DNA from: an uncultured Leptospirales bacterium
GTDB taxonomy: Bacteria; Spirochaetota; UBA4802; UBA5550
Assembly (NCBI GenBank): GCA_964534225.1
Contig: CAZHNW010000002.1
Span: 20,581-84,580, forward strand
Length of the DNA stretch: 64,000 bases
Direction: 5' to 3'
Positions within the stretch are counted from its first letter, which is position 1, and each line of letters opens with the position of its first letter. Positions 1 through 11,635 of the stretch are shown here, one piece after another. A model generated the notes under the pieces. The model was not told the origin of the DNA and made no database searches. It saw only the letters and a list, made by a program, of their open reading frames with translations. The translations under genes were made by a program, and so were the position numbers.

Positions 1-289
1 TTCCCACAATCCCCTCACCCGGTTTATATGTTCCCCGCCTGGCTTCGTTTTTGCTGTATCCATAGGCGACGTCAATGACAAGATTACGTGATTCTGTGTT
101 ATATACATTTATGGATCCACGTGTAATGTCAAGCTCCCTGGCGATAAGATTCATCACACCATTGAGCATGTCTTTCAGGTCGGATTTCGCGGAGAAGACA
201 CGTCCCATTTCATAGAGAAAAGCGGATTCCTTCATATCATAATTTATGGGTTCATCGACACGCCTGTTCAATGGTTTCTGTAAAGCCAT
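1..289 (-). CDS. GAF-domain protein, N-terminal fragment (gene continues past window start)
   Basis: Reverse complement reads without stops from ATG at 287-289: MALQKPLNRRVDEPINYDMKES...NEARRGTYKPGEGIVG. The Y-x-P-G-E-G-I-x-G stretch is typical of GAF domains. Not in ORF track because it is cut by the window edge. Confidence 0.4.
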   Translation of the reverse strand, partial: MALQKPLNRRVDEPINYDMKESAFLYEMGRVFSAKSDLKDMLNGVMNLIARELDITRGSINVYNTESRNLVIDVAYGYSKNEARRGTYKPGEGIVG

Positions 290-484
290 GAGATTACCTT
301 CCCGTTTTAATAACTTCCTGTTATATAATATACACTTTACAGGAGAATCAAAAAGTAAATATTGACACCCTGCATCCATATTGAGACTATTTTACATTTC
401 TGTAACCATCTTCAATAAAAGTAAAAGACGTGAACATTCATCTACAAAAGCGTTTATGCTTATCGGGAAAAAAAGAGGAAAAAC

Positions 485-1125
485 ATGAAATTCAGGGGAA
501 TTATTTTTGATCTTGACGGAACACTTGTTGATTCATTAGCTGATATCGCCGGGGCTATGAATATTCTTCTTGAGAGATATAATATGCCTTCTCACAGCAT
601 TGATTCTTACCGTTATTTTATCGGTGAAGGGCTTGAACACCTGGTAAAAACGGCATTGCCTGAAAATGAACGATCACCGGAAAAAACCGCACAGTATACA
701 ATAGAATACAGGCAGATATACCGCGAACACTGCCTTGACACGACGAAACCATACGAAGGGATCAATGAACTGCTGAAACAACTATGGTCACGCCATATCC
801 CCACTCAAATAAAAAAGACGTCTTTACAAAATATATTGTGGAAAGCCTCTTTCCCGGACATTGCTTTATCACAGTACGGGGAGCGGTGGATGATTTGCCG
901 ATCAAACCTGACCCGGCTGGAGCCCTTATTTGTGCAAAAAAAATGAACTGCAGTGTGAAAAAAACGATTTTCTGTGGTGATTCATCAGTAGATATTGAGA
1001 CCGGACTTAAGGCGGGAATGTTGTCAGCTGGCGTCTCCTGGGGAATACGCCCTGCCAGGGAACTGCTTGATGCAGGTGCACATATACTGGTACATAAACC
1101 AGATAACCTGCTGCACTACCTGTAA
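485..1125 (+). pseudogene. HAD-superfamily phosphatase (phosphoglycolate-phosphatase-like) with disrupted reading frame
   Basis: ORF 485-946 carries HAD motif I (IFDLDGTLVDS). The C-terminal half with KPDP and motif III (FCGDSSVDIETGLKAGM) lies in another frame (784-1125). The frame-1 ORF opens after a TGA at 766-768, so the shift falls around 770-815 next to C4 and A6 runs. Confidence 0.6.
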
Positions 1126-1430
1126 CTGTTGATAAACAATAAATCAGAGATTTGTAAAGGGAAACCCTTTACGCCTCTCTGATTTATGTCTGACACTACT
1201 TCAAAAAACTGAAGTACCGTCAAAGAGGGAGGAGACCTTCAGCTTTACTGCTGTTACTATCATGTAAAAACTTTATTGCTGAATTCATGTTATCTCATCA
1301 CAAGATAGCCTTGAAAATAAAATTCAGCAATAGGGAACAATACCTTTTGAAGGTAGTATTTTTGATATTTTTTAGATAGGGAGAAACCCTATGGAAAAGC
1401 AAGGAAAGAAAAAAAATCAGAAAGCGATAA

Positions 1431-1610
1431 CTACTTAGTATTCATATCCTTTGACAATTTATTGGTCGTGGATTGAACGGCATAGAGTATATTCAGGGTA
1501 ACGGTAAGAATATATGATATGGAACCGTACATGAGGTCAATATTGATAAAGAAAAAATAATAGCACCCTACGAGACATATAAAAGCTAAAAGCAACATAA
1601 CCTTGTTCAT
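1431..1610 (-). CDS. hypothetical small hydrophobic protein (59 aa)
   Basis: MNKVMLLLAFICLVGCYYFFFINIDLMYGS... on minus strand, preceded by AAAGGTGG Shine-Dalgarno, about 125 nt downstream of gyrA stop. Below the ORF-track size cut-off. Confidence 0.25.
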   Translation of the reverse strand: MNKVMLLLAFICLVGCYYFFFINIDLMYGSISYILTVTLNILYAVQSTTNKLSKDMNTK

Positions 1611-1736
1611 TTACCTTACCACCTTTCATCTAAGTAGGTACATTTTGATATTAAAAAACAGAATAACAAGTATTTTTTCATTTCATCAGCAACATTATCT
1701 GCCTGCATTCACGAATCCAGGCAGATAACTCTTATT

Positions 1737-4226
1737 TTATTCCGATATTACCGCAAAGTCTGACACACAGTCATCGCCTTCTATAGAAAGAAGCCTTACT
1801 CCTGTTGCAGTTCTTCCCTGAGTTGAGATATCCTTTGCCAGAACCCTGATTGTCATGCCTGATTTTGAAATAATAATTATTTCATCATCAGGGAAAACAG
1901 ACCATATGCCAACAGCTGCACCATGCTTATCGCTGGCCTTAACATAAGTCATACCTTTACCACCACGTCCCTTTGTGGAAAAATTCTGATAGACGACCCT
2001 TTTGCCAAATCCCTTTTCTGTCAGTACAAAGAGGGAAGAATTTTTCTTTACAACATCAATACCGATAATCTGGTCATCTTTAGTAAGACGCATCCCAATA
2101 ATACCAGCGGCGGTACGTCCCATGGTACGCATCTTATCAATATTGGTGCGTATAATAAGGCCGTTTCTCGATGCAATCACCACATCGTTATCCTTTTCAA
2201 CCACCCTGACATCTACCAGCTCATCTTCCTTTTTGAGATTAATGGAAATAATCCCTCCCTTACGGGAATTCGAAAAATCGCTGGCAGCGATCTTTTTCAT
2301 TATTCCGTTCCTGGTGACCATACAAAGGTTTATATCCTCACTGTAATCGTTTACAGAACAGATGGCCGTAATAAGTTCTCCCGATGAAAGATTAATAATT
2401 CCCTTGAGGCTTTTCCCTCTGCTTGATTTTGAAGCAACAGGAATCTCATATGCTTTGAGAGAAAAAATCTTGCCCTTGTTTGAAAAAAGCATCACCATGT
2501 CATGTGTTGAGCAGATTGTCATCATCCTGATAAAATCTTCACGCTTTGATGACATTCCAATTACGCCCTTACCGCCACGACGCTGTTTTTTGAAGGTATC
2601 GATAGGCATACGGCGTATAAACCCATCATTGCTAATGGATATTACCATATCCTCTTCAGCAATAAGATCCTCAACATTGAAATCGGTGGAAGTTTCACCT
2701 CCTTCCACAATTTCAGTTCGTCGTGGATCAGCATATTTTTCCTTAACAGCCAGGAGTTCATTCTTTACTATATTTAAAATTTTTGTCTCGCTTTTCAGAA
2801 TCGCCTTAAGCTCGGCAATAAGCTTTTCCAGCGCCTTTAATTCTTCAACGATCTTCTGCACTTCAAGGCTTGTCAGCCTCTGCAGACGCATATCAAGAAT
2901 TGCCTTTGCCTGGATTTCAGAGAGTTTGAAACGCTTAATCAGTTTCTTTCCCGCCTCATCGGCATTCTTTGATCCACGAATGATCTTGATAACCTCATCA
3001 ATATTATCAAGGGCTATCTTGAGTCCTTCAAGAATATGAGCCCTCTCCTCGGCCTTTCTCAGTTCATACTGTGTTCTGCGTGTCACAACCGTTTTACGAT
3101 GAAGAACGTAATGAGATAAAATACCTTTGAGATCGAGAATCTTTGGCACATTGTCAACGATGGAAAGAAATATTATTCCATAGGAACTCTGAAGAGCGGT
3201 ATGCTTGTAGAGTTGATTTAATATGACAGAGCTGTTAGCGTCTTTTTTAAGACCAATGAATACACGCAGTCCCTTTTTATCAGATTCATCGCGAATCTCG
3301 GCGATGCCTTCAATTACCTTTGCGTTGACAAGTTCCGCAATCCTGGCAATCATATTAGCCTTGTTGACCTGGTAGGGAATATCCTGGATAATAATAGCTT
3401 CACGACCACGTTTATATTCTTCAATAGTTGAATGAGCACGTATCTTGATACTGCCTCTGCCTGTTGTGTAGGCCTTGTAAATACCCTCACTGCCCATAAT
3501 ACTGGCACCGGTGGGAAAATCAGGACCCTTGATATGCTTCATCAACTGCTTGATCTTTATATCAGGATTTTCAATCAATGCGATTGTGCCATCAATGACT
3601 TCACCCAGGTTATGAGGAGGAATTTTAGTTGCCATACCAACGGCAATACCTTCAGAACCGTTTACGAGAAGATTAGGGAATGATGCAGGAAGTACAATTG
3701 GTTCCTTTCGTGTTTCATCGAAATTAGGGAGAAAATCAATTGTTTCTTTATCTATGTCCTTAAGCAGTTCTTCTGCAGCCTTATTTAAACGGGCTTCAGT
3801 ATAACGATAGGCAGCAGGAGGATCACCGTCAATGGAACCGAAATTACCCTGTCCATCAATGATGGGTAGCCTCATGGAAAATTCCTGAGACATCCTGACC
3901 ATTGTGTCATACACAGCTGAATCACCATGGGGGTGAAAGTTACCAATAACTTCCCCCACAATCTTTGCTGATTTAACATAGGGCCTGTCACTTCTCCAGG
4001 CCCTCTCGTTCATGGCGTGCAGAATCCGGCGATGGACTGGTTTTAATCCGTCACGAATATCAGGAAGGGCCCGGCCGATTATGACACTCATTGCATAATC
4101 GAGATAGGCGCCCCTCATCTGGTCTTCAATTTCAACATCAAGAATAGTCTCCTGTGGTTGAAAAAGTTCCTGCTGTGTATCTTTTTTGACCTTTGCTGGT
4201 TTTTTACCTGTTTTTTTCGTCGCCAC
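1737..4226 (-). CDS. gyrA: DNA gyrase subunit A
   Basis: 829 aa. Has AAYRYTEARL and active-site region NFHPHGDSAVYDTMV, and C-terminal beta-pinwheel repeats. Directly downstream of gyrB. Confidence 0.97.
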   Translation of the reverse strand: MATKKTGKKPAKVKKDTQQELFQPQETILDVEIEDQMRGAYLDYAMSVIIGRALPDIRDGLKPVHRRILHAMNERAWRSDRPYVKSAKIVGEVIGNFHPHGDSAVYDTMVRMSQEFSMRLPIIDGQGNFGSIDGDPPAAYRYTEARLNKAAEELLKDIDKETIDFLPNFDETRKEPIVLPASFPNLLVNGSEGIAVGMATKIPPHNLGEVIDGTIALIENPDIKIKQLMKHIKGPDFPTGASIMGSEGIYKAYTTGRGSIKIRAHSTIEEYKRGREAIIIQDIPYQVNKANMIARIAELVNAKVIEGIAEIRDESDKKGLRVFIGLKKDANSSVILNQLYKHTALQSSYGIIFLSIVDNVPKILDLKGILSHYVLHRKTVVTRRTQYELRKAEERAHILEGLKIALDNIDEVIKIIRGSKNADEAGKKLIKRFKLSEIQAKAILDMRLQRLTSLEVQKIVEELKALEKLIAELKAILKSETKILNIVKNELLAVKEKYADPRRTEIVEGGETSTDFNVEDLIAEEDMVISISNDGFIRRMPIDTFKKQRRGGKGVIGMSSKREDFIRMMTICSTHDMVMLFSNKGKIFSLKAYEIPVASKSSRGKSLKGIINLSSGELITAICSVNDYSEDINLCMVTRNGIMKKIAASDFSNSRKGGIISINLKKEDELVDVRVVEKDNDVVIASRNGLIIRTNIDKMRTMGRTAAGIIGMRLTKDDQIIGIDVVKKNSSLFVLTEKGFGKRVVYQNFSTKGRGGKGMTYVKASDKHGAAVGIWSVFPDDEIIIISKSGMTIRVLAKDISTQGRTATGVRLLSIEGDDCVSDFAVISE

Positions 4227-4244
4227 GACTTTTACTCCGCTGGA

Positions 4245-6188
<1,944 letters not shown>

Positions 6189-6403
6189 CTAATTCTTTTC
6201 TTTTAATTATAGTAAAGGGACTGACTGCACTTGAAATAATTGAATTATTTTCGTCTACAGCTATAGTCTTATTGTTGCTTTCTGTCTTTTTAAGGATATA
6301 CCGGTTTTCATCAGACATCTCCAGTGTTTCCCGGTTAAAAATTCCAATTAGCCGGGATAAAGAAACTATCCTGTTGTTACCAATGTGTATATGCATTTTC
6401 AAT

Positions 6404-6826
6404 TCAATGGTTATTCCACTGCAACCTTTTAATTTCCATTTTTATAGTATTAACAGAAGCCGCTGGTACCTTTTCGCGAATCTGTTGAAGAATGCTTTCT
6501 TTCATCATTGTCAGTTCATTTGCATAAACAGAATGATCAGTGGTAATAAAAAGAATATTTTTAAAAATTCTGTCAGGAATACTGTGGGAAGACAGTATTT
6601 CTCCCACAAAATTGTTCCATTCTGACCGTATGTTTTCAATAATAAACGAATCTTTAATATTGAATTCTGATACAATGTCAGGAATAAGAGACTCAATATT
6701 TGTAATTTTTTTTGACCGTTTGGTATTAAATCTGAATTTCATAGGCATACTTTGAATATAGACCTGATATCGTTTTTGGTATAATTTGAGCAAGCAAATT
6801 TTGAGAGAGTCTCTTGAAAATAACAA
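6404..6826 (-). CDS. DUF721-family small protein located between recF and gyrB
   Basis: Positional and sequence resemblance to the small DUF721/YaaB-type protein found after recF in many genomes. The listed start is a TTG; in-frame ATGs at 6748/6742 (MPMKFRF...) are alternative starts. No clear SD at any of them. Confidence 0.55.
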   Translation of the reverse strand: MLFSRDSLKICLLKLYQKRYQVYIQSMPMKFRFNTKRSKKITNIESLIPDIVSEFNIKDSFIIENIRSEWNNFVGEILSSHSIPDRIFKNILFITTDHSVYANELTMMKESILQQIREKVPAASVNTIKMEIKRLQWNNH

Positions 6827-6893
6827 TTTTATTATGTCGCTTCAACTCCGTCAATCATTTGTTTATTTGTTATAATTAATTCCATTTATATAT

Positions 6894-7612
6894 ATGCCCC
6901 TTTCAGCCGACAATTCTCAATATAACAACAAGCAGGAGTTTATTTTAAAAATGAAATCAGAAAAATTATTAATAATGACTACTCTTATAACTCTGTTAAT
7001 ACCGGTATCTGAAATCTTTGGTAATAGTATAAGAGAGGAAACCAATTATCTTGATAAATTTCATGCCCATAAAATTGTTCGAAAACTCAGCACCCAGAAT
7101 ATTAGAAAAATAGAATTTCTTGAAATAATTGCGAAAAACTTTGGTTATGTAGACAATTACTCTCTCAGAAAAGGCTACTGGAAAGCATACCTGATGATAA
7201 CCAGTGGTGATATTATAGATGCCATGAAAGGCATGAAAAAAACAAGAAAAATATCCAGAAAGCTTTAAAGAAAGCAGCACTGCTTTATAAAGGCGATACT
7301 GAGGAAATACTCAATGAATGTTCCATTCGTCTTTCTGTAATGAAACTTGAAACAGAAAATAATCGTAAAGATAAAGATATACTGGAACAAAACCAGCTGC
7401 GACTGCGTATTGCGTTTAAAGAACTTCACAATGCTGAAACAGCTTTAATAAACAAACAATACTGTAATTCAATAAATCTATTTCGAACAGCTAAAAACCA
7501 GGCAATAAAAGCCCTTGAAAATATTTCCCCAGAAAATGAAAAGAAGCAGGTTATATATAAATATAGAATTCATATAGTTGATAACAGGCAGGAAGTATAT
7601 AAAAAAAGCTGA
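6894..7612 (+). CDS. hypothetical exported/membrane-anchored protein, split into two ORFs by an apparent frameshift at an A7 tract
   Basis: ORF 6894-7268 (N-terminal hydrophobic segment MKSEKLLIMTTLITLLIPV) and ORF 7340-7612. The frame of the second ORF is open back to 7211 and reads KALKKAALLYKGDTEEIL... Frames switch at A7 run 7236-7242. AT-rich, on the opposite strand to the surrounding dnaA-gyrA genes. Confidence 0.35.
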
Positions 7613-7751
7613 ATCTATTTCTTTGAAAATTCCGCCAGGTCACTGATACTGAAACCACTCTTTTTTTATTGATGCTATAGAAAAAATCCTGATGGGGAGC
7701 AAGTCTATCTATAATTTTCCAGCTAAATAGCTGAGTAGTTACAATCTATTT

Positions 7752-8861
7752 TTATTTTTCTATAATGTGAGCCTCTTTTTCAAGGGAAAATGTTTTCACT
7801 GAAGGGAAAAGGTCAATATTAAACATTCGTATATCAACCATGGTAAATATTACCTGGTTTCCTCTGCTTAAGATTTTTACCATATTCGCCCTTCTCTCTT
7901 CATCAAGCTCAGAAAAAATATCATCAACAAGTATAATTGCCTTTGTTGACAGTTTCTTTTCCAGGTATGAAAATTCTGCAGCTTTAAGTGCAATGGCTGC
8001 AGTACGTCTTTGCCCCTGAGAAGCATAACTTGTAAAATGAATATTTTCACTCATCTGGAGCCTGATATCATCTCTCTGGGGACCAGCACCGGTATTGCCA
8101 CTCATAATGTCCTTCTGTCGCCTGGAAATAAGACTCGTGACAATATCATTATCTGAATCAACATTTATCGATTCTATATATTTTATATCAGGGCCGGAAT
8201 CATTCAGACCTATCTTTCTGTAACTTTCAGAAAAAAGCATTTGAAATATTTCAATAAAGGCCCTTCTCTTTTTAATAATATATGATGCCTTTTCTGCAAA
8301 AAGAGCATCAAATACATCAAGCTGCCGCGTATCACTGGTCTTTCTTTCTCTCAATGATTTCAACAGCCTGTTTCGTGACATCAGTATTTTTCTGAATTCA
8401 TTGAGATTTTCAAGATAAACAGGATCTGTTTTAGAAATAACACTGTCAATAAACCTGCGTCTTATTTCAGGGGCACCGTTTACAAGGTTAATATCAACAG
8501 GAGAAAAAACTACTGTCTGTAGTTTTCCGTAATAATCGCTTATGCGATTTATTTCTCTTCCATCTATTTTTACACGTTTTTTTAATCTTTCCTTTTCGAT
8601 ACTGCAACCGACTTCATAACGATGTACTACATCTGTATGTACCCGGGAAGAACAGTAATAATTATCCGTATGCCATCGCATCATATCTGAATCACTGACA
8701 TTGCGAAATGATTTGATATGTGAACATACGGCAATAGCTTCAAGAATATTTGTTTTCCCTGTTCCATTTTTACCGGTTATAAAATTAATCTCCGGTGAAA
8801 AATTAACACACAGCTCAGGATAGTTTCGAAAATTTTTGCAGCTCAGCTCAGTCAGATACAT
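7752..8861 (-). CDS. recF: DNA replication and repair protein RecF
   Basis: 369 aa. Walker A ITGKNGTGKTNILEAI, SMC-like signature region. Classic position after dnaN. Confidence 0.95.
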   Translation of the reverse strand: MYLTELSCKNFRNYPELCVNFSPEINFITGKNGTGKTNILEAIAVCSHIKSFRNVSDSDMMRWHTDNYYCSSRVHTDVVHRYEVGCSIEKERLKKRVKIDGREINRISDYYGKLQTVVFSPVDINLVNGAPEIRRRFIDSVISKTDPVYLENLNEFRKILMSRNRLLKSLRERKTSDTRQLDVFDALFAEKASYIIKKRRAFIEIFQMLFSESYRKIGLNDSGPDIKYIESINVDSDNDIVTSLISRRQKDIMSGNTGAGPQRDDIRLQMSENIHFTSYASQGQRRTAAIALKAAEFSYLEKKLSTKAIILVDDIFSELDEERRANMVKILSRGNQVIFTMVDIRMFNIDLFPSVKTFSLEKEAHIIEK

Positions 8862-8889
8862 ATACTAAATCAATGAGGTATCTATTTTC

Positions 8890-10026
8890 TTAATCAGCTG
8901 ATGATTTTATCTGTATAGGCATGATAACAGATACATACTCTTTATCATCTTCAGGGACAATGGTAATGGGACTCATTTGACCGGTAATGCCACACTTGAT
9001 GGAATATGAATCAATTTCCCTGAGACATTCAATGAGAAACTGTGCATTCAATCCAAGAGTTACTTTTTCGTTAGAATTGGATTCGATATTTAATTCCTCT
9101 TCGGCCTCACCTAGTTCGGGGGTCGTTGCCTCAATATTCAACTTTGAATTATTGAAGGTAAGGATTATTTTGTTTGCAGGTTCACGGGTAAAAATCATTG
9201 CCCTCTTCACAGAATCGAGGAGCTTTTTTGTTTCAATAATGACTTCCTGGCTGTTTTCGAGAGGAATAACATGCTTGTAATTGGGAAACTGTCCATCAAC
9301 TATACGTGAAATAATTTCGGTGTTGCCTATTCTGAAAAAACACTGGTTGTTATCGTAGCTGAACCGGCAGAGACCTGAAGATTCCAGGAGACGGAAGATT
9401 TCATTGACTGTCTTCAGTGGAATTATAATCCCCTCCTGAAGTCCAATATCGGTTTCATTATCAAGATTTCTTGTAATTAAGGAAAGCCTTCGAGAGTCGG
9501 TAGCGACAGCTGAAATAAATCCTGGTTTTTCATTGATAAGATAGATACCGTTAAAGACAGGCTTTATAGTATCGTTAGATGCTGAGTACATGACTTTTTT
9601 AAGCATCTCCTTGAGAAGAGACTGTTCTATTTCTATAGCTGAATTTTCGCTGAATTCAGGAATCTCAGGATAATCTTCTGTACCTGTACCAATAAGCCGG
9701 TAATGGCCTTTAACTTCCTTTGATTTTGTTTTTATATCTATTGCCATCTGGTCATTGATATCAATAACCAGTTCATCGTTGGGAAGTTCTTTGAGTATGC
9801 TCGAGAATTTTTTTCCATTAACGGTAAATGAAATATTTGATTCAGCAACTGCATCAATTTTGGTTCTTACCGCCATTTCGTTATCTGTTGATAAAATTTC
9901 TATTTGATCTTTTGTAATATTAAAAAGACAGTTTGAAAGTATGGTATTAACATTTTTGGATGAAACAATTGAATCTGCTATTTGTATTGTTTTCAGCAGG
10001 TTTTCTTTGTCGACATTGATTTTCAT
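8890..10026 (-). CDS. dnaN: DNA polymerase III beta subunit (sliding clamp)
   Basis: 378 aa, three-domain beta-clamp length and profile. Immediately downstream of dnaA. Confidence 0.95.
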   Translation of the reverse strand: MKINVDKENLLKTIQIADSIVSSKNVNTILSNCLFNITKDQIEILSTDNEMAVRTKIDAVAESNISFTVNGKKFSSILKELPNDELVIDINDQMAIDIKTKSKEVKGHYRLIGTGTEDYPEIPEFSENSAIEIEQSLLKEMLKKVMYSASNDTIKPVFNGIYLINEKPGFISAVATDSRRLSLITRNLDNETDIGLQEGIIIPLKTVNEIFRLLESSGLCRFSYDNNQCFFRIGNTEIISRIVDGQFPNYKHVIPLENSQEVIIETKKLLDSVKRAMIFTREPANKIILTFNNSKLNIEATTPELGEAEEELNIESNSNEKVTLGLNAQFLIECLREIDSYSIKCGITGQMSPITIVPEDDKEYVSVIMPIQIKSSAD

Positions 10027-10288
10027 TGTAGTCCCTCTTCTATTATTATATTAATAATAATTTTATTATTTATAGTAGTAGTAGTAGTGTCGAAGAATTT
10101 TGTGAATAATTGCATTAACTCCTGAAAAATTCAAGACTTTTTGTTATTATTGTCCTGTTAATAACTGTGGTTCCCTTTGTATAAATTATTATTATAATCG
10201 TTGTATTTATAAATTAATTTGAAAACAGTATATTATTTATTATTTATAAACATGAATAACATACTGTTTTCAGTTTGTTAACAGGTAA

Positions 10289-11635
10289 TTAACTTTTTAA
10301 TTCCATAATAAGGTCTTCAAGCATTTCTTTAAATTCCGGGTTTTTTTTCATATTATCTTCGACTTTATTTACTGCGTTGACAACAGTTGAATGATCCCTG
10401 TCACCGAATTCTTTTCCGACATCAGTTGTGGTCATATCGGTAAGTTTTCTGGCCAGAAACATGGCGGTAAAACGGGGAAGGATTATTCTGTTTTGCCTGC
10501 TGTTTGATTTAAGGTCTTCAGGGGTTACCTGGTACTTTTCTGAGACCTTTTTCATTATATCGCTGAGGGTCACCTTCTGGTTGGCGTCGACGTCAAATAG
10601 TTCTTTGAGATGAACCTTGGCGAGTTCAGCAGTGATGGGATTATTATTGAAAGAGGCAACCATCTTTAAACGGTTTACAGCCGCTTCAAGTGCTCTGATA
10701 TTTGATTTTATCCTTCGTGCTATATAGGTATAGGCTTCATCGGTAATGTCGATATCAATCTTTTCGGCCTTATTGCGCAGGATTGCTTCACGAGTTTCGA
10801 GATTAGGAGGCTGGATATCGGTTATCATTCCCCATTCAAAACGTGTTCTGAGCCTGTCAGCAAGTGTCGCTATCTGTTTGGGCGGCCTGTCGCTTGATAT
10901 TATAATTTGTTTCTTGTTTTCGTGCAGGGCATTAAAAGTATGAAAAAATTCATTTTGCGTTTCTTCCTTGTTTTCGAGGAATTGAATATCATCTATCAAC
11001 AGAATATCAACATCCCTGTATTTTATTTTAAAACTTTCCTGTGTTCTGTTGCGTATTGATGTAATGAATTCATTTATGAACTGCTCGGTGGAAACAAAGA
11101 GAACCTTGAGATAGGGTTTTTCGTCAGTGATATAATGTCCTACAGCCTGAAGAAGATGGGTTTTACCGAGACCGGATGATCCGTAAATAAAAAGGGGATT
11201 TATCTCCCGTGCAGGAGACTGCGCCACGGAGTAGGCAGCGGCATGGGCGAATTGATTATTAGGGCCTATAACGAAATTATCGAAGGTATAACTGGGATTG
11301 AGTACCAGGTCAGGTTTTTCATTTGAATTAATTCTCGGGATAAAATCCGGTTCAGGGTTTGTCTTTATATCGGTTTGTTTCGTTTTATCGAAATCGATAC
11401 CTGTAACAAACTCACAGACATATTTACGTCCTGTTATTTCTTCAACGATTGACTCTATCTGTGTCGAATAATGTTCATGTATATGCCTGCGAGCCACATC
11501 ATCAGCAACCTTAACGGTAAGGCGGTTTTCGGTAAGGGAAACCGGTTGAGTATCCTTGAGCCACATATTAAAGGATTGTCTGTTAATTTCTCCTTCAAGG
11601 GTGGATAAAACCCTGTTCCATATTGTTTGTGTCAC
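10289..11635 (-). CDS. dnaA: chromosomal replication initiator protein DnaA
   Basis: 448 aa. AAA+ Walker A GSSGLGKTHLLQA, Walker B LLIDDIQFL, C-terminal DnaA-box binding helix region (KSNSRQNRIILPRFTAMFLARKLT). Confidence 0.97.
   Translation of the reverse strand: MTQTIWNRVLSTLEGEINRQSFNMWLKDTQPVSLTENRLTVKVADDVARRHIHEHYSTQIESIVEEITGRKYVCEFVTGIDFDKTKQTDIKTNPEPDFIPRINSNEKPDLVLNPSYTFDNFVIGPNNQFAHAAAYSVAQSPAREINPLFIYGSSGLGKTHLLQAVGHYITDEKPYLKVLFVSTEQFINEFITSIRNRTQESFKIKYRDVDILLIDDIQFLENKEETQNEFFHTFNALHENKKQIIISSDRPPKQIATLADRLRTRFEWGMITDIQPPNLETREAILRNKAEKIDIDITDEAYTYIARRIKSNIRALEAAVNRLKMVASFNNNPITAELAKVHLKELFDVDANQKVTLSDIMKKVSEKYQVTPEDLKSNSRQNRIILPRFTAMFLARKLTDMTTTDVGKEFGDRDHSTVVNAVNKVEDNMKKNPEFKEMLEDLIMELKS

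Noticed and set aside
1923-3039. Plus-strand ORFs (154, 114, 225 aa) inside gyrA, and similar antisense ORFs inside gyrB, dnaA, ileS, the big lipoprotein (28771-29451), FecR/OMP (30741-31658), TPR-OMP (41117-42253), ccm genes and others
   Set aside because: Shadow ORFs opposite well-supported genes. Low-complexity S/L/R-rich translations with no motifs.
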